A DNA stretch of 62,715 bases, counting the filler, from Nemertoderma westbladi (taxonomy: Eukaryota > Animalia > Xenacoelomorpha): the NCBI GenBank assembly GCA_032718475.1. It is 3 parts of 3 records of this genome, joined end to end, with 100 filler letters (N's around TTAATTAATTAA, not from the genome) between each part and the next. Parts side by side here need not be neighbours in the genome. Positions count along the whole stretch, not along the records: positions 1 to 27,197 come from JAUCBJ010004185.1; 2 more parts are not named here. One strand, given 5' to 3'. Positions 1-12,550 of the stretch are shown piece by piece. Position 1 is the first letter of the stretch. Each line of letters starts with the position of its first letter. The translations under genes were made by a program, and so were the position numbers. Below the pieces are notes generated by a model. That model ran no database searches. It saw only the letters and a program-made list of their open reading frames with translations, and was not told where the DNA came from.

Positions 1-837
1 CTTAGTTTTAAACCCAGATAGGCCAACCAAAATGAGTCAGGGAATATTATGATTGATTATTCTTTATAACAAGCATTAAATTTAATTTTTTTTCATACAT
101 GAGTGACAATGACAATACTTTTTTCTCCGTCCCATTATGCAACGGTCGGTCTTAATGGTAATCAGTCTAACTGTATCTGCTAAAAGTTCGTGCCTTGGAG
201 TTGTTATTCAATGAACTATCCTTTGCTCGACTTTTTGACTTAATTTTTGGCCTACTCTCTCGTTAATGGAGATGTTTATAAACTCTATGAAAATTAGCAA
301 AATAAATTAAAATCGTCATCATTTGTGCGGGACAAAAAATGGAAAGGTTTTCACAACAATTTTAATCTCCATAAAAGATAACTCGGTTTCATGAAGTGCC
401 AACTGGAATAGACCTACAGTAGATACTAAATTCGGCTATAGGTTTAGTGTTCTGAAATTTAGCTGCTTCAACAAAACATAGAGTTAAGGTTTAAAAATTA
501 CTTTTTTCGTGGCTCTTTTTTTGTCCCCGTCCCGTTCCGTACGTGACGCAGGCTATAAATGCCATTTGTGACGACTACAATTAGCCAATCTGATATGTTA
601 TCCTAATAGGGTAATATTCTGATACTATTCTAGACCTATACTGTATCGTATTGGCTTTATTTTTTTGTGTCCGAAAAAATTTCCCGGACGTGGACGCCAC
701 TTTCTACAATTTCCCGTTATGCAAATTAATGTAGATATTTAGCAATAACAGCGTTATTTAATATTGAAGTGTCCCAGTGGATTGGAAGACCAAAATTGGA
801 AACTGGAAAGAAAGCTAACAATGTTAGAACAAAGCAA

Positions 838-2034
838 ATGTCCCGTACGTGACGCTGACCCGTACTCGACGCTGTCCCGTACTCGACGCTGTTCCGTACT
901 CGTCGCTGTCCCGTAAGCGACACTGTCCCCTACCTGACGCTATCCCCTACGTGGCACTGTCCCCGTACTCGACGCTGGTCCCGTACGTGACCCCTGTCCC
1001 GTAGGTGACCTTGTCCCGTAGGTGACCCTTGTCCCGTAGGTGACCCTGTCCCGTAGGTGACCCTGTCCCGTAGGTGACCCTGTCCCCGTACGTGACCCTG
1101 TCCCGTACGCAACGATGTCCCCTACGTGACACTGTCCCGTACGTGACCCTGTCCCCGTACGTGACCCTGTCCCGTAGGTGACCCTGTCCCGTACGTGACC
1201 CTGTCCCGTACGCAACGATGTCCCCTACGTGACACTGTCCCGTACGTGACCCTATCCCGTACGTGACCCTGTCCCGTACTCGACGCTGTCCCGTACTCGA
1301 CGCTGTTCCGTACTCGACGCTGTCCCGTACTCGACACTGTCCCGTACTCAACGCTGTCCCGTACGCGACGCTGTCCCCTACGTGACGCTGTCCCCTACGT
1401 GGCCGCTGTCCCCGTACTTGACCCTGTCCCGTACGTGACCCTATCCCGTACGTGACGCTGTCCCCTACGTGACCCTGTCCCCTACGTGACCCTGTCCCGT
1501 ACGCGACGCTGTCCCGCACGCGACGCTGTCCCGTACTCAACGCTGTCCCGTACGCGACGCTGTCCCGTACGCGACGCTGTCCCGTACGCGACGCTGTCCC
1601 GTACGCGACGCTGTCCCGTACGCGACGCTGTCCCGTACGCGACGCTGTCCCGTACGCGACGCTGTCCCGTACGCGACGCTGTCCCGTACGCGACGCTGTC
1701 CCGTACGCGACGCTGTCCCGTACGCGACGCTGTCCCGTACGCGACGCTGTCCCGTACTCGACGCTGTCCCGTACCCCTGTCCCGTACGTGACGCTGTCCC
1801 CCACGACAGTGACGCAGTCCCCTACGTGACCATGTCCCGTACGTGACGCTGCCCCCCCACGACAGTGACGCTGCCCCACGACAGTGACGCAGTACCCTAC
1901 GTGACCATGTCCCGTACGTGACGATGTCCCCCACGACAGTGACGCTGCCCCCCACGACAGTGACACAGTCCCCTACGTGACCATGTCCCGTACGTGACGC
2001 TGTCCCCCACGACAGTGACGCAGTCCCCTACGTG
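838..2034. repeat. ~17-bp GC/CpG-rich minisatellite (consensus CTGTCCCGTACG(C/T)GAC(G/C))
   Basis: Directly visible tandem units. Homogeneous core at ~1545-1760, more diverged 17-18-bp variants at both ends. The overlapping ORFs are repeat translations. Confidence 0.95.
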
Positions 2035-2489
2035 CACGGAATTGTCGAGTACGGAATACGCTGTCCCACTTGTGTTCTATCCTAATTGATAAGAAAGACT
2101 ATGTTCTCTTATATACAGCAGTAGGCCTATATCTCTATCAAATTCAAACTTCACATACAAGTCAACTTACCCGTGTAGAAAAGCGCCACCTAGAGAGTAT
2201 TATGCAAACGTAATTTTCTGGTTTTTATACAATAGGTTGCCGGTAGTAGGCCTGTCAATCTATTATATCCGAACCAACTTCCAGTCCCCCCCCCCCCCCC
2301 CCCCCCATCTGAATTAACGAGGTGTTTAGTTTGCGCGATATAGCAATAATTAATGTGCGACAGATAACAGTAGGTGTTAATTTTATTAATTTCACATTAA
2401 ATCACAGCTGATTGCACAATTGATTAAATTATTATTGAACATCATCAATTCTATTACTATTAAATATTATTATCTACTTCTTCTTTACT

Positions 2490-3480
2490 GTGCAGCGGGT
2501 GACGAAGTAAGCGAGCTTGATATACGGGCACCGCTGTTTGATTCAAGCGTTGCGTGTCTGCGTCTATATGTATCCAATGGTTGAAGGGAAGACAAATAAT
2601 AATTCACGCAATCTTTTATGAAATTACACAAAACTTGGTAAACATATCGTCTATAAAAAGTTTGAAATATAATTTACTTGGGGGACTCAGCAGTTCTCCA
2701 GTTTACTACTAGAGGGCGACTAGGCAATTGTTGAAATATTTGTGGGGCGAGCAACGAAACTAAGCGACCTTAGAATATGTGTACCACTACTATCTCAATC
2801 GGTGTGTCTGTTGATCTGTCGCATCCAATATGTAAACGTTAATAACTCGGCTAATCCTCTTTGAAATCTAACCAAACTTGGTACACAAGTTGTTGGGCAA
2901 AAGTTTATAAATTTTCCAATTATATTTTTCGGGGGGCCTTCAGGACGAGCGCAACGAGGCAAAGTAGGGGAGGAGTATTGTGTTGGCTATACTAGTAAAC
3001 AACCTGGACTAGCATATTGGATGATACTGTATAATGTAATATTGATCAATACCGGTGGTGTAATATTTTATGCTAGGGACCGGTAGTTATTTATATTTTG
3101 GTGTCTAGATGTACATGACGAGTGCAACGAGGGTTGTAATGAAGACGAGTCTCTGTTGACTAAACTCGCGTAATAACGACGTATTGTTTTGACTATACTC
3201 GTAACCATATGGTTTAGTATATTGGATGATTATAATGTAAATTTTTTTAGTACTGTGATAATGGAATGTTGTAAGGTATATATTTGGTGACCAGGTTGTA
3301 CAGGACGAACGCAATGAGTTTTGCAGTGGAAACGGGTATCGATCTACCATAAATCCACAGGTACTCCGTTACTCGCACAGTTTCGAGACTTTGCATAGTT
3401 ATAAAGGTCATCAGTTTGCGTTTAGGAAATTTTTTAAGGTAAAACAGGATGAGCAAAACGAGGCTATTGAAGGAGGCGAG
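2490..3480. repeat. Degenerate tandem duplications (~260-bp pair, then ~150-190-bp units), possibly Helitron/Helentron-type non-autonomous DNA
   Basis: ACGAA.TAAGCGA.CTT...CCAAT...AAACTTGGTA recurs at ~2500-2640 and ~2750-2885. A CAGGACGAGCGCAACGAGG-like motif recurs at ~2941, 3113, 3301 and 3444. The family assignment is inference. Confidence 0.45.
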
Positions 3481-3651
3481 TAATGTAAAACTAAAAAATG
3501 CCTTACTTAACTAAATAATCCTAGTTAATAGCTTTACAATGACAGTTAAGCGTGTAAGGGCAAACTGAAATTGACCTCTGTTTTTTACAACCAGTTTAAC
3601 GCAAACAGAAAGCATCACTCATTGATATTTTGGGAAGGGCGTTTTCGTGTT

Positions 3652-6600
3652 TGGTTACATCGTCCTGTACGAAGGGCGCGGTTACATCGTCCTGTACGAA
3701 GGGCGCGGTTACATCGTCCTGTACGAAGGGCGTGGTTACATCGTCCTGTACGAAGGGCGCGGTTACATCGTCCTGTACAAAGAGCGCGGTTACATCGTCC
3801 TGTACGAAGGGCGTGGTTACATCGTCCTGTACGAAGGGCGTGGTTACATCGTCCTGTACGAAGGGCGCGGTTACATCGTCCTGTACGAAGGGCGCGGTTA
3901 CATCGTCCTGGTCGAAGGGCGCGGTTACATCGTCCTGTACGAAGGGCTCGGTTACATCCTGTACGAAGGGCGCGGTTACATCCTGTACGAAGGGCGCGGT
4001 TACATCGTCCTGTACAAAGGGCGCGGTTACATCGTCCTGTACGAAGGGCGCGGTTACATCGTCCTGTACGAAGGGCGTGGTTACATCGTCCTGTACGAAG
4101 GGCGTGGTTACATCGTCCTGTACGAAGGGCGCGGTTACATCGTCCTGTACGAAGGGCGCGGTTACATCGTCCTGGTCGAAGGGCGCGGTTACATCGACCT
4201 GTACGAAGGGCGCGGTTACATCGTCCTGTACAAAGGGCGCGGTTACATCGTCCTGTACAAAGGGCGCGGTTACATCGTCCTGTACGAAGGGCGTGGTTAC
4301 ATCGTCCTGTACGAAGGGCGCGGATACATCGTCCTGTACGAAGGGCGCGGTTACATCGTCCTGTACGAAGGGCGTGGTTACATCGTCCTGTACGAAGGGC
4401 GCGGATACATCGTCCTGTACGAAGGGCGCGGTTACATCGTCCTGTACGAAGGGCGCGGTTACATCGTCCTGTACGAAGGGCGCGGTTACATCGTCCTGTA
4501 CGAAGGGCGCGGTTACATCGTCCTGTACGAAGGGCGCGGTTACATCGTCCTGTACTAGGGCGCGGTTACATCGTCCTGTACGAAGGGCGCGGTTACATCG
4601 TCCTGTACGAAGGGCGCGGTTACATCGTCCTGTACGAAGGGCGCGGTTACATCGTCCTGTACAAAGGGCGCGGTTACATCGTCCTGGTCGAAGGGCGCGG
4701 TTACATCGTCCTGTACGAAGGGCGCGGTTACATCGTCCTGTACGAAGGGCGCGGTTACATCGTCCTGTACAAAGGGCGCGGTTACATCGTCCTGTACAAA
4801 GGGCGCGGTTACATCGTCCTGTACAAAGGGCGCGGTTACATCGTCCTGGTCGAAGGGCGCGGTTACATCGTCCTGGTCGAAGGGCGCGGTTACATCGTCC
4901 TGTACAAAGGGCGCGGTTACATCGTCCTGTACGAAGGGCGCGGTTACATCGTCCTGTACGAAGGGCTCGGTTACATCGTCCTGTACGAAGGGCGCGGTTA
5001 CATCGTCCTGTACTAAGGGCGCGGTTACATCGTCCTGTACGAAGGGCGCGGTTACATCGTCCTGTACGAAGGGCGTGGTTACATCGTCCTGTACGAAGGG
5101 CGCGGTTACATCCTGTACGAAGGGCGCGGTTACATCGTCCTGGTCGAAGGGTGCGGTTACATCGTCCTGTACGAAGGGCGCGGTTACATCGTCCTGTACA
5201 AAGGGCGCGGTTACATCGTCCTGTACGAAGGGCGCGGTTACATCGTCCTGTACGAAGGGCTCGGTTACATCGTCCTGTACGAAGGGCGCGGTTACATCGT
5301 CCTGGTCGAAGGGCGTGGTTACATCGTCCTGTACGAAGGGCGCGGTTACATCGTCCTGTACGAAGGGCGCGGTTACATCGTCCTGTACAAAGGGCGCGGT
5401 TACATCGTCCTGTACAAAGGGCGCGGTTACATCGTCCTGGTCGAAGGGCGCGGTTACATCGTCCTGGTCGAAGGGCGCGGTTACATCGTCCTGTACGAAG
5501 GGCGCGGTTACATCGTCCTGTACTAAGGGCGCGGTTACATCGTCCTGGTCGAAGGGCGCGGTTACATCGTCCTGTACGAAGGGCGCGGTTACATCGTCCT
5601 GTACAAAGAGCGCGGTTACATCGTCCTGGTCGAAGGGCGCGGTTACATCGTCCTGGTCGAAGGGCGCGGTTACATCGTCCTGTACGAAGGGCGCGGTTAC
5701 ATCGTCCTGTACGAAGGGCGCGGTTACATCGTCCTGTACTAAGGGCGCGGTTACATCGTCCTGGTCGAAGGGCGCGGTTACATCGTCCTGTACGAAGGGC
5801 GCGGTTACATCGTCCTGTACGAAGGGCTCGGTTACATCCTGTACGAAGGGCGCGGTTACATCGTCCTGGTCGAAGGGTGCGGTTACATCGTCCTGTACGA
5901 AGGGCGCGGTTACATCGTCCTGTACAAAGGGCGCGGTTACATCGTCCTGTACGAAGGGCGCGGTTACATCGTCCTGTACAAAGGGCGCGGTTACATCGTC
6001 CTGTACGAAGGGCGCGGTTACATCGTCCTGTACAAAGGGCGCGGTTACATCGTCCTGTACGAAGGGCGCGGTTACATCGTCCTGTACTAGGGCGCGGTTA
6101 CATCGTCCTGTACTAGGGCGCGGTTACATCGTCCTGTACTAGGGCGCGGTTACATCGTCCTGTACGAAGGGCGCGGTTACATCGTCCTGTACGAAGGGCG
6201 CGGTTACATCGTCCTGTACTAGGGCGCGGTTACATCGTCCTGTACAAAGGGCGCGGTTACATCGTCCTGTACGAAGGGCGCGGTTACATCGTCCTGTACG
6301 AAGGGCGCGGTTACATCGTCCTGTACAAAGGGCGCGGATACATCGTCCTGTACGAAGGGCGCGGTTACATCGTCCTGTACGAAGGGCGCGGTTACATCGT
6401 CCTGTACGAAGGGCGCGGTTACATCGTCCTGTACGAAGGGCGCGGTTACATCGTCCTGTACAAAGGGCGCGGATACATCGTCCTGTACGAAGGGCGCGGA
6501 TACATCGTCCTGTACGAAGGGCGCGGTTACATCGTCCTGTACGAAGGGCGCGGTTACATCGTCCTGTACGAAGGGCGCGGTTACATCGTCCTGTACGAAG

Positions 6601-6893
6601 GGCGCGGTTACATCGTCCTGTACAAAGGGCGCGGTTACATCGTCCTGTACGAAGGGCGCGGTTACATCGTCCTGTACGAAGGGCGCGGTTACATCGTCCT
6701 GTACGAAGGGCGTGGTTACATCGTCCTGTACGAAGGGCGCGGTTACATCGTCCTGTACGAAGGGCGCGGTTACATCGTCCTGTACAAAGGGCGCGGTTAC
6801 ATCGTCCTGTACGAAGGGCGCGGTTACATCGTCCTGTACGAAGGGCGCGGTTACATCGTCCTGTACGAAGGGCGCGGTTACATCGTCCTGTAC
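3652..6893. repeat. 27-bp minisatellite GGTTACATCGTCCTGTACGAAGGGCGC, ~120 copies
   Basis: Tandem array; the 9-aa periodicity in all ORF frames confirms a 27-bp unit. Occasional 24- and 26-bp units. Confidence 0.97.
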
Positions 6894-9298
6894 TGTACTG
6901 TCTCCGTAGTGTACGTCCCGCCCTACGAACGTGTCCCTTTTGTTTGGCTTGTATTTGGCCAATTTCCGTGGAATTTCCATGAATAAACAAAATATGATCC
7001 GCAAAATACAATTTAATATACTTTTTTTGAGGCATAAATATGTTCTGAAATTTATAACCCTAAAAAAATCATTTTGGGATATTTGGAAATATCCAAAATG
7101 GCAAAAAAATTATTAGCTTAGAGGATCGTGACATGGGGTTTAATTACAGCTTTATTAGGGTTTGAGCTGCCAATTATTGCAACCTGCGAGGCCCATGGGA
7201 ACGATAAATTAATGGCACACTCTACGTGTGAAATGCTCGAAATCCCCGGAGTAGCATTTTATATTAAAGTAAAGTAAAGCTAAACCGAACATTAAGGTAG
7301 AATGAAATAATATTATATAAAAAAGCAATGTATAGAGTTGAGTCAACAAGACATTTAAATTTTTACCAAATATTTGATTCATCACACATGGAATGACAGG
7401 ATTATAAACAGTTTAATGATTTCACTTTTAGCTTGAAGTCTACAAAGTTTCAACTTTGACAGTCAGTATACATGTGAAATTATTACTATGCACCGTTATA
7501 TTCGTTAGGATGGATACATTGTTATGTTGGTCCAATCCGAATCCGCAAGGCTAAATATGAAATAACGAAACATGAATAATAATCATATTGCTTTCCGCAA
7601 GTCAATATTTGGTTATCAAAAGATTCCGTAATTCGTCTGTTGAGTCAATGGGATTACTACTTAAACAAAGCCAGTAATATTGAAGAAGTTTCTATAAAGA
7701 ATATTATAGCATTGATACCATTCATCGTCAGAAACTTAACTACAGTACATGTATGAATGTGTGTATGTCGGTGACACAATATCATGACTCATAGCTAATA
7801 GCGTTGTGCTGGATAATGAATGTGTGTAAGAATCTTTGCCAACAATAAATTATACTGCCAAGTTCGTCATTTATTTGTTAATAATACCGTAGCTACCACA
7901 CCAAGAACGCTGACGCATTAGTTTATGAGTTTCCACTTGGGAGGGGGGGGGGGGGGGGGGGATAGCGTTTCCTAATTTTTATGTTTTAGATGCTGAATAA
8001 TAAAACACAACCGCCAGTATAACGGTAGATGTAGACGTAGTCGGAATACCCGTGGCGGAATAAAGTTCGTTCCCCCACAAATATAGTCTCCCGCATCCAC
8101 CAAGTCACACAGTAAATCATCATTAATTTTATTGTAATCAATATTGCATAAATAAATATATTAATGAACGTTCGGGCGTTTATATGAGGAGGGTGTTGGG
8201 CACTTATTGGGTCAATAAAGTAATTAGGAATCGGATAATATAGCTGCTAGCTTGAAATTAATGTGCTTCTCTGTTGTGTGATATATTCTGAATGGAGTTT
8301 GATAAAAGGCCTATTGGCCGAAATATTACTCAGGTAACCTAGATTTTTTCTGTCACCTTAATTGGTCTCTGAATCCGAAACTAGTTTAATATGATTAACG
8401 CGGTGACAAGGGCTCGTTCTCACTTACTAAATAGTCACCTCGGCGATTATATTAGTCTAGTCAATAATAGTACAGGCTATTAACGGTAATCAATCTGTAA
8501 TTGACGTTGATTTTCCCCTGTAGGAGATGAAGCTTCGAGATCCCCCCCCCCCCCCCCCCTGCACTCTCCCTTTCACCATATGTTCACTTAAGGACAGGAT
8601 GAGTTTATATCCGTATTAGCGAATATTAAATAGGAAAAAGTAATATTTTAAATGTTTGTTTTCAACATGAGTCTCCCAATTATTGAACATTTATATTTGG
8701 GTAGATCGCCTAACGGGATATGTTGGGCTACACGGCGAGCACTCATGCTACACTTAGAAAGTTAAACGATAGTGCTTAGCAACAATAACTAATGTATATA
8801 TACATTTTATAAGTGTATAGCTGACATAATATGAACAAAGGTTTAAAAAAAAACAACCAATCACATATTAGTTCCGTTCATTAACATGGCCTAACTAAAA
8901 AACATAGAGTCTTGGCTAAATCCGGTTGCTGCTGCAGGGGATGATGGGTTTACGTCTAAAGCAATTCGTATAACGATGTTGGTTGGATCAGTCGGTTTAC
9001 TGTCTGTAAATAAGTATACTGTATAAGCGCAGACCGGTGATTATTAACCACGCATAGCCCCACAGCGTGTTGTAGTCGTCTGCCAATAATGTTTTGGATA
9101 TCGAGTGTTACAATAACTGGCCGAGACAATTCAGTTCATATTACACGGTGCCCGTCCTTAAATACCGTCCTATAGGAAATCGGATTTATTTTATATAAAC
9201 AAAAAAAACTATTTTCCGAGGTGAATATTTCCGAGGTCGGATTCCGAAACATTTCCGGAATCGCCCGCATTTCATAGTTTTATAGCGAAGCCTTTCGC

Positions 9299-10843
9299 TC
9301 AAACGTTCAAAGAAGGATTCAACATGGGCGAACAAATACTAGACTGATTGTTCATGTGAATGGAGGGGATGGATGTGGTGAGGGGCTCGGGGCCATTACT
9401 GGGAGACAGATGGGAAGAGAGGAGCGGGTTACTGGGGGGATAGAGAACCATGTCGGAGGCCGTCGGGGGGACGCCCCCCGTGGGGGTCGGGAGGGGGGAG
9501 TCCCGCAGATGGAACCCCTTGTGATGGTCCCCCCCGCCCCCGCCGTCCTCCAGACTCTCGACGTCCATGGCGAGGTCGTCGTCGTCGTCGTTGAGACCAC
9601 CGGTATCCATTAGGGAGTCGTGTTCGCCCGAGTCGTTGAGCTTCCCGTCGACCATGTCGTCGAACGCCGACAACGGAAAGTTAATGTCGGTCCCTTTGGC
9701 CGCGAGTTTCTTCATTTTGGCTCGTTGGTTCTGGAACCAGACCTGTATGAACCTCATAGAGACGCTACACTTGTTGGCGAGGTCTTCTCGGACTTTTCGC
9801 GACGGTTTCGCGCTCGCGTCGAAGGCGAGTTGGAAGATCTTCCGTTGCTCCGGGGACAGGACTACCCGCTTACGCGATCCGTCCTTATCGAGACTCATCG
9901 CCTTTTTGTTGTTGTTGTTTATCCCGATTCCTCCCGAGGTGGGGAGGGACCCCGGCGGGAGGGATCCCGGGATCAGGGTGCCGGGTGGGAGGCCTCCGGG
10001 GGGAGCGCCCCCCGGCATTATACCCCCCAGGGAGCTCGGCTTCATAGACATGGAGGATAGCGGGTCGATGGGAGGGAGGCCGACCGGCTGCTGGGGGAGT
10101 TGAGAGGGAGGGAGTGTCGGTCGGAGGTGCGAGATGGGGAGGTTGGGGATGCCCTGGGCGCCGCCGGAGGGGTCTGGGAGCATGATGAGGGAGGAACCGA
10201 GGGAGGCGGCTGGCCGCACCATCAGCGAGGGGTTGAGGGGGAGGGAGTGGGGCGGAGGGGCTGAGGCCACCGCGGGGGCCATCGATAGACCCTCCCCTAC
10301 GGACATTGAGGACGGCGCCCCGGCCATCAGTACTTGCTGGTGGGTCTCGCGCAGTTTCTCTTCCGCTTCTTCCCGTTCGAAGTCCGTCTTACAGAGGAGT
10401 CGGTTGTCTTTCAGGATGAACTCGTCGCCTTGTTTCAGTCGCTCGCCGCACAGAACGCACGCGAAACACTTTAGGTGGTAAACGTATCCGGTCGCTTTCA
10501 TGACGAGTTCTTTGGGGGGAATGGCGTCGAGACACACGTGACAACGGGCGCCGTATAATCTCTCGTAGTCGTCCTTACAGTACACCGAACGGTCCTTCAC
10601 GTAGCACGAGTCAGACAACGGAGTTCTACATTCCGCACAGATCATACACTGTTCGTGCCACGACTTATCGTTTACTTTCAGTATGTATTTGTCGTCGATG
10701 TACGTCTGGCAGCCGTAACAGACCTCGCGTTTAAAGTCGCCCGCCCCACCACCCCCCAGCACGCCACCATGCGGCAGCTGGCTGCAATTATTATTGGCCG
10801 TGTCAGTTTGACCTGGGATAAGATCCATGCCGGTAACAGTCAT
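9299..10843 (-). CDS. Lmx1: LIM-homeodomain transcription factor, Lmx class (single-exon CDS, 514 aa)
   Basis: Two complete LIM domains (CYGC...WHEQC..CAEC...C..D and CHVC...YHLKCFACVLC...GDEFILKDNRLLCKTDF). The homeodomain contains KPSRKVRE and VWFQNQRAKMKKLA, which match the Lmx1 signatures KPCRKVRE and WFQNQRAKMKKLA. There is an in-frame TAG 8 codons upstream of the ATG. Confidence 0.93.
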   Translation of the reverse strand: MTVTGMDLIPGQTDTANNNCSQLPHGGVLGGGGAGDFKREVCYGCQTYIDDKYILKVNDKSWHEQCMICAECRTPLSDSCYVKDRSVYCKDDYERLYGARCHVCLDAIPPKELVMKATGYVYHLKCFACVLCGERLKQGDEFILKDNRLLCKTDFEREEAEEKLRETHQQVLMAGAPSSMSVGEGLSMAPAVASAPPPHSLPLNPSLMVRPAASLGSSLIMLPDPSGGAQGIPNLPISHLRPTLPPSQLPQQPVGLPPIDPLSSMSMKPSSLGGIMPGGAPPGGLPPGTLIPGSLPPGSLPTSGGIGINNNNKKAMSLDKDGSRKRVVLSPEQRKIFQLAFDASAKPSRKVREDLANKCSVSMRFIQVWFQNQRAKMKKLAAKGTDINFPLSAFDDMVDGKLNDSGEHDSLMDTGGLNDDDDDLAMDVESLEDGGGGGDHHKGFHLRDSPLPTPTGGVPPTASDMVLYPPSNPLLSSHLSPSNGPEPLTTSIPSIHMNNQSSICSPMLNPSLNV

Positions 10844-12394
10844 GACAATAAGAATAACGTAACTCTATTGATAACCGGTGGTCCGCGAAACCAACACGCC
10901 AAATATTCTAATAATTCAAAGATTCCAAATAAAATATAAAGTATATAATATTGTTATGATCTCCTCAATTCGATAAAATAACTAAAACATTAACAAAACT
11001 ATTTCTGTATTTTAAATTACTGAATTACAGTACAGCAGTAACGTACCGGTACGGTACTGGATGTAAAATTTAATAAAGTAGGCGATTTTCTCCCGTGATA
11101 TTCTGTCCGCCTTAATTCCGTAATTAATTTTGTGCTTCTTTCTAATAGTCCTACATTCTTTTCTTATCTGCTTATTGAATAAACTATTTTATCTGTACAA
11201 TATTCTGCTGTGGCTGTACTGCTGCTGTGCTGTACTCAGATACCTGGATAATTGCAGAATTGTTAATATGATGCTATTTTTTGGATAATCATTCTACATG
11301 TTCTAACAGGCATACAACAACAACAGTACAAATTATGATTCAGTGGATCTTTCTTAGCGAACCCGAACCCAATGCCGTACAACACTCTGCCGTCAGATCT
11401 ATCTTTCGCACTTTCTACCACTAAATTTAGTGACGGAAGGAGAGACTTACCGTATTAACAGTGTACCGGTATTTATTAGGTGTAATGTAATAAACTGATG
11501 AATACAGAAATAGTGAGCGAACTTTCATACACTACACTGTCATCGTCATCTATAAATACAGAAATATAAAGTGGGAAAAAGATAATGTAACTTTATTAGA
11601 TAAATAAAATAATTTGGAAAGAATTCCTTCTTGTCGCAATTTATGATTTATATTTGACAGAATTTAAACTAAACTAGGCAATATACAGACAGGCCTATAC
11701 TGCTATAGGCCTACTATAATTATTGTCTGTTTGAGAACGGAATATATGGATATAATAATACCTGAAGCAAATTAATTTGTATAACTACTGAGACCGTAAG
11801 CCGAAGTAGTTATACATGATTTATTTGCTGAAGGTATTTAAGTATTAATAATTAGTGAAATATTATGAGAATATAGGCCTACTAGCTAGTAATCGATTGT
11901 AGGCCTACTAAAAAACTATATATTTAAAGCGCTGCTACGCAAGTTGCAACTGCGATGGAAATAGCTAAACTTGGAACTTAATCTTCACGTTTTGTACTGA
12001 TCTGCTGATTTTTGGAAAGAATAAACCTACCGTACAGCCGTACCGCATACCGGTAACGAATTTCAATTTCACTCCATAATATTTTCCTTACTGCCTTATG
12101 CCATTTTCTTTTTAGTCTGTGTGGATTTGCGCAATAATAAAGTACGTCACACTTGTTTTTAAACAACTGATCAGCATTTTTGACAAACATACGATTAGGA
12201 CTGTTTTACTATAATCTAATACGTAACTCAAATACTCTCACTGTATATTAATAATACAGTAATTATAATACTGTAATAGAACAGCAAACCTTACCGTATT
12301 ATTTTATTTATTCTTATAATAATGCCCAATGCCATAACTACTGAACTAGGCTTAGTAGGCTTCCCTCTAAATATAGAAATAAATTATTAATATT

Positions 12395-12550
12395 GACGTG
12401 CGGCGAGGTGTCCGATAATTTGCGGCAAAATGGCATTCACAGTGAGACACCTCGCTGCCTCGCCGCAAGACACCTCGCCGCACATGATCCAGTTATCTGC
12501 GCGGCGAGATGACTTGCGGCGAAGTGGCAGTGCGGCGAGGTGACCCTGAC
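12395..12550. mobile_element. Remnant of a foldback/MITE-like element with inverted GACACCTCGCCGCA / TGCGGCGAGGTG subrepeats
   Basis: A short motif repeated in both orientations within 155 bp. Confidence 0.5.

Noticed and set aside
726-1966. ORFs over the 17-bp array
   Set aside because: They are repeat translations only.
3370-3420. Minus-strand CTGATGA...GAAAC hammerhead
   Set aside because: Stem II does not close against the core and stem I cannot form.
3571-7035. Long ORFs (up to 828 aa) over the 27-bp array
   Set aside because: The unit length is divisible by 3 and stop-free in several frames on both strands. Frame-breaking 26-bp units show no coding constraint.
9352-10939. Antisense and alternative-frame ORFs over Lmx
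   Set aside because: They are shadows of a GC-rich CDS with no recognisable domains.
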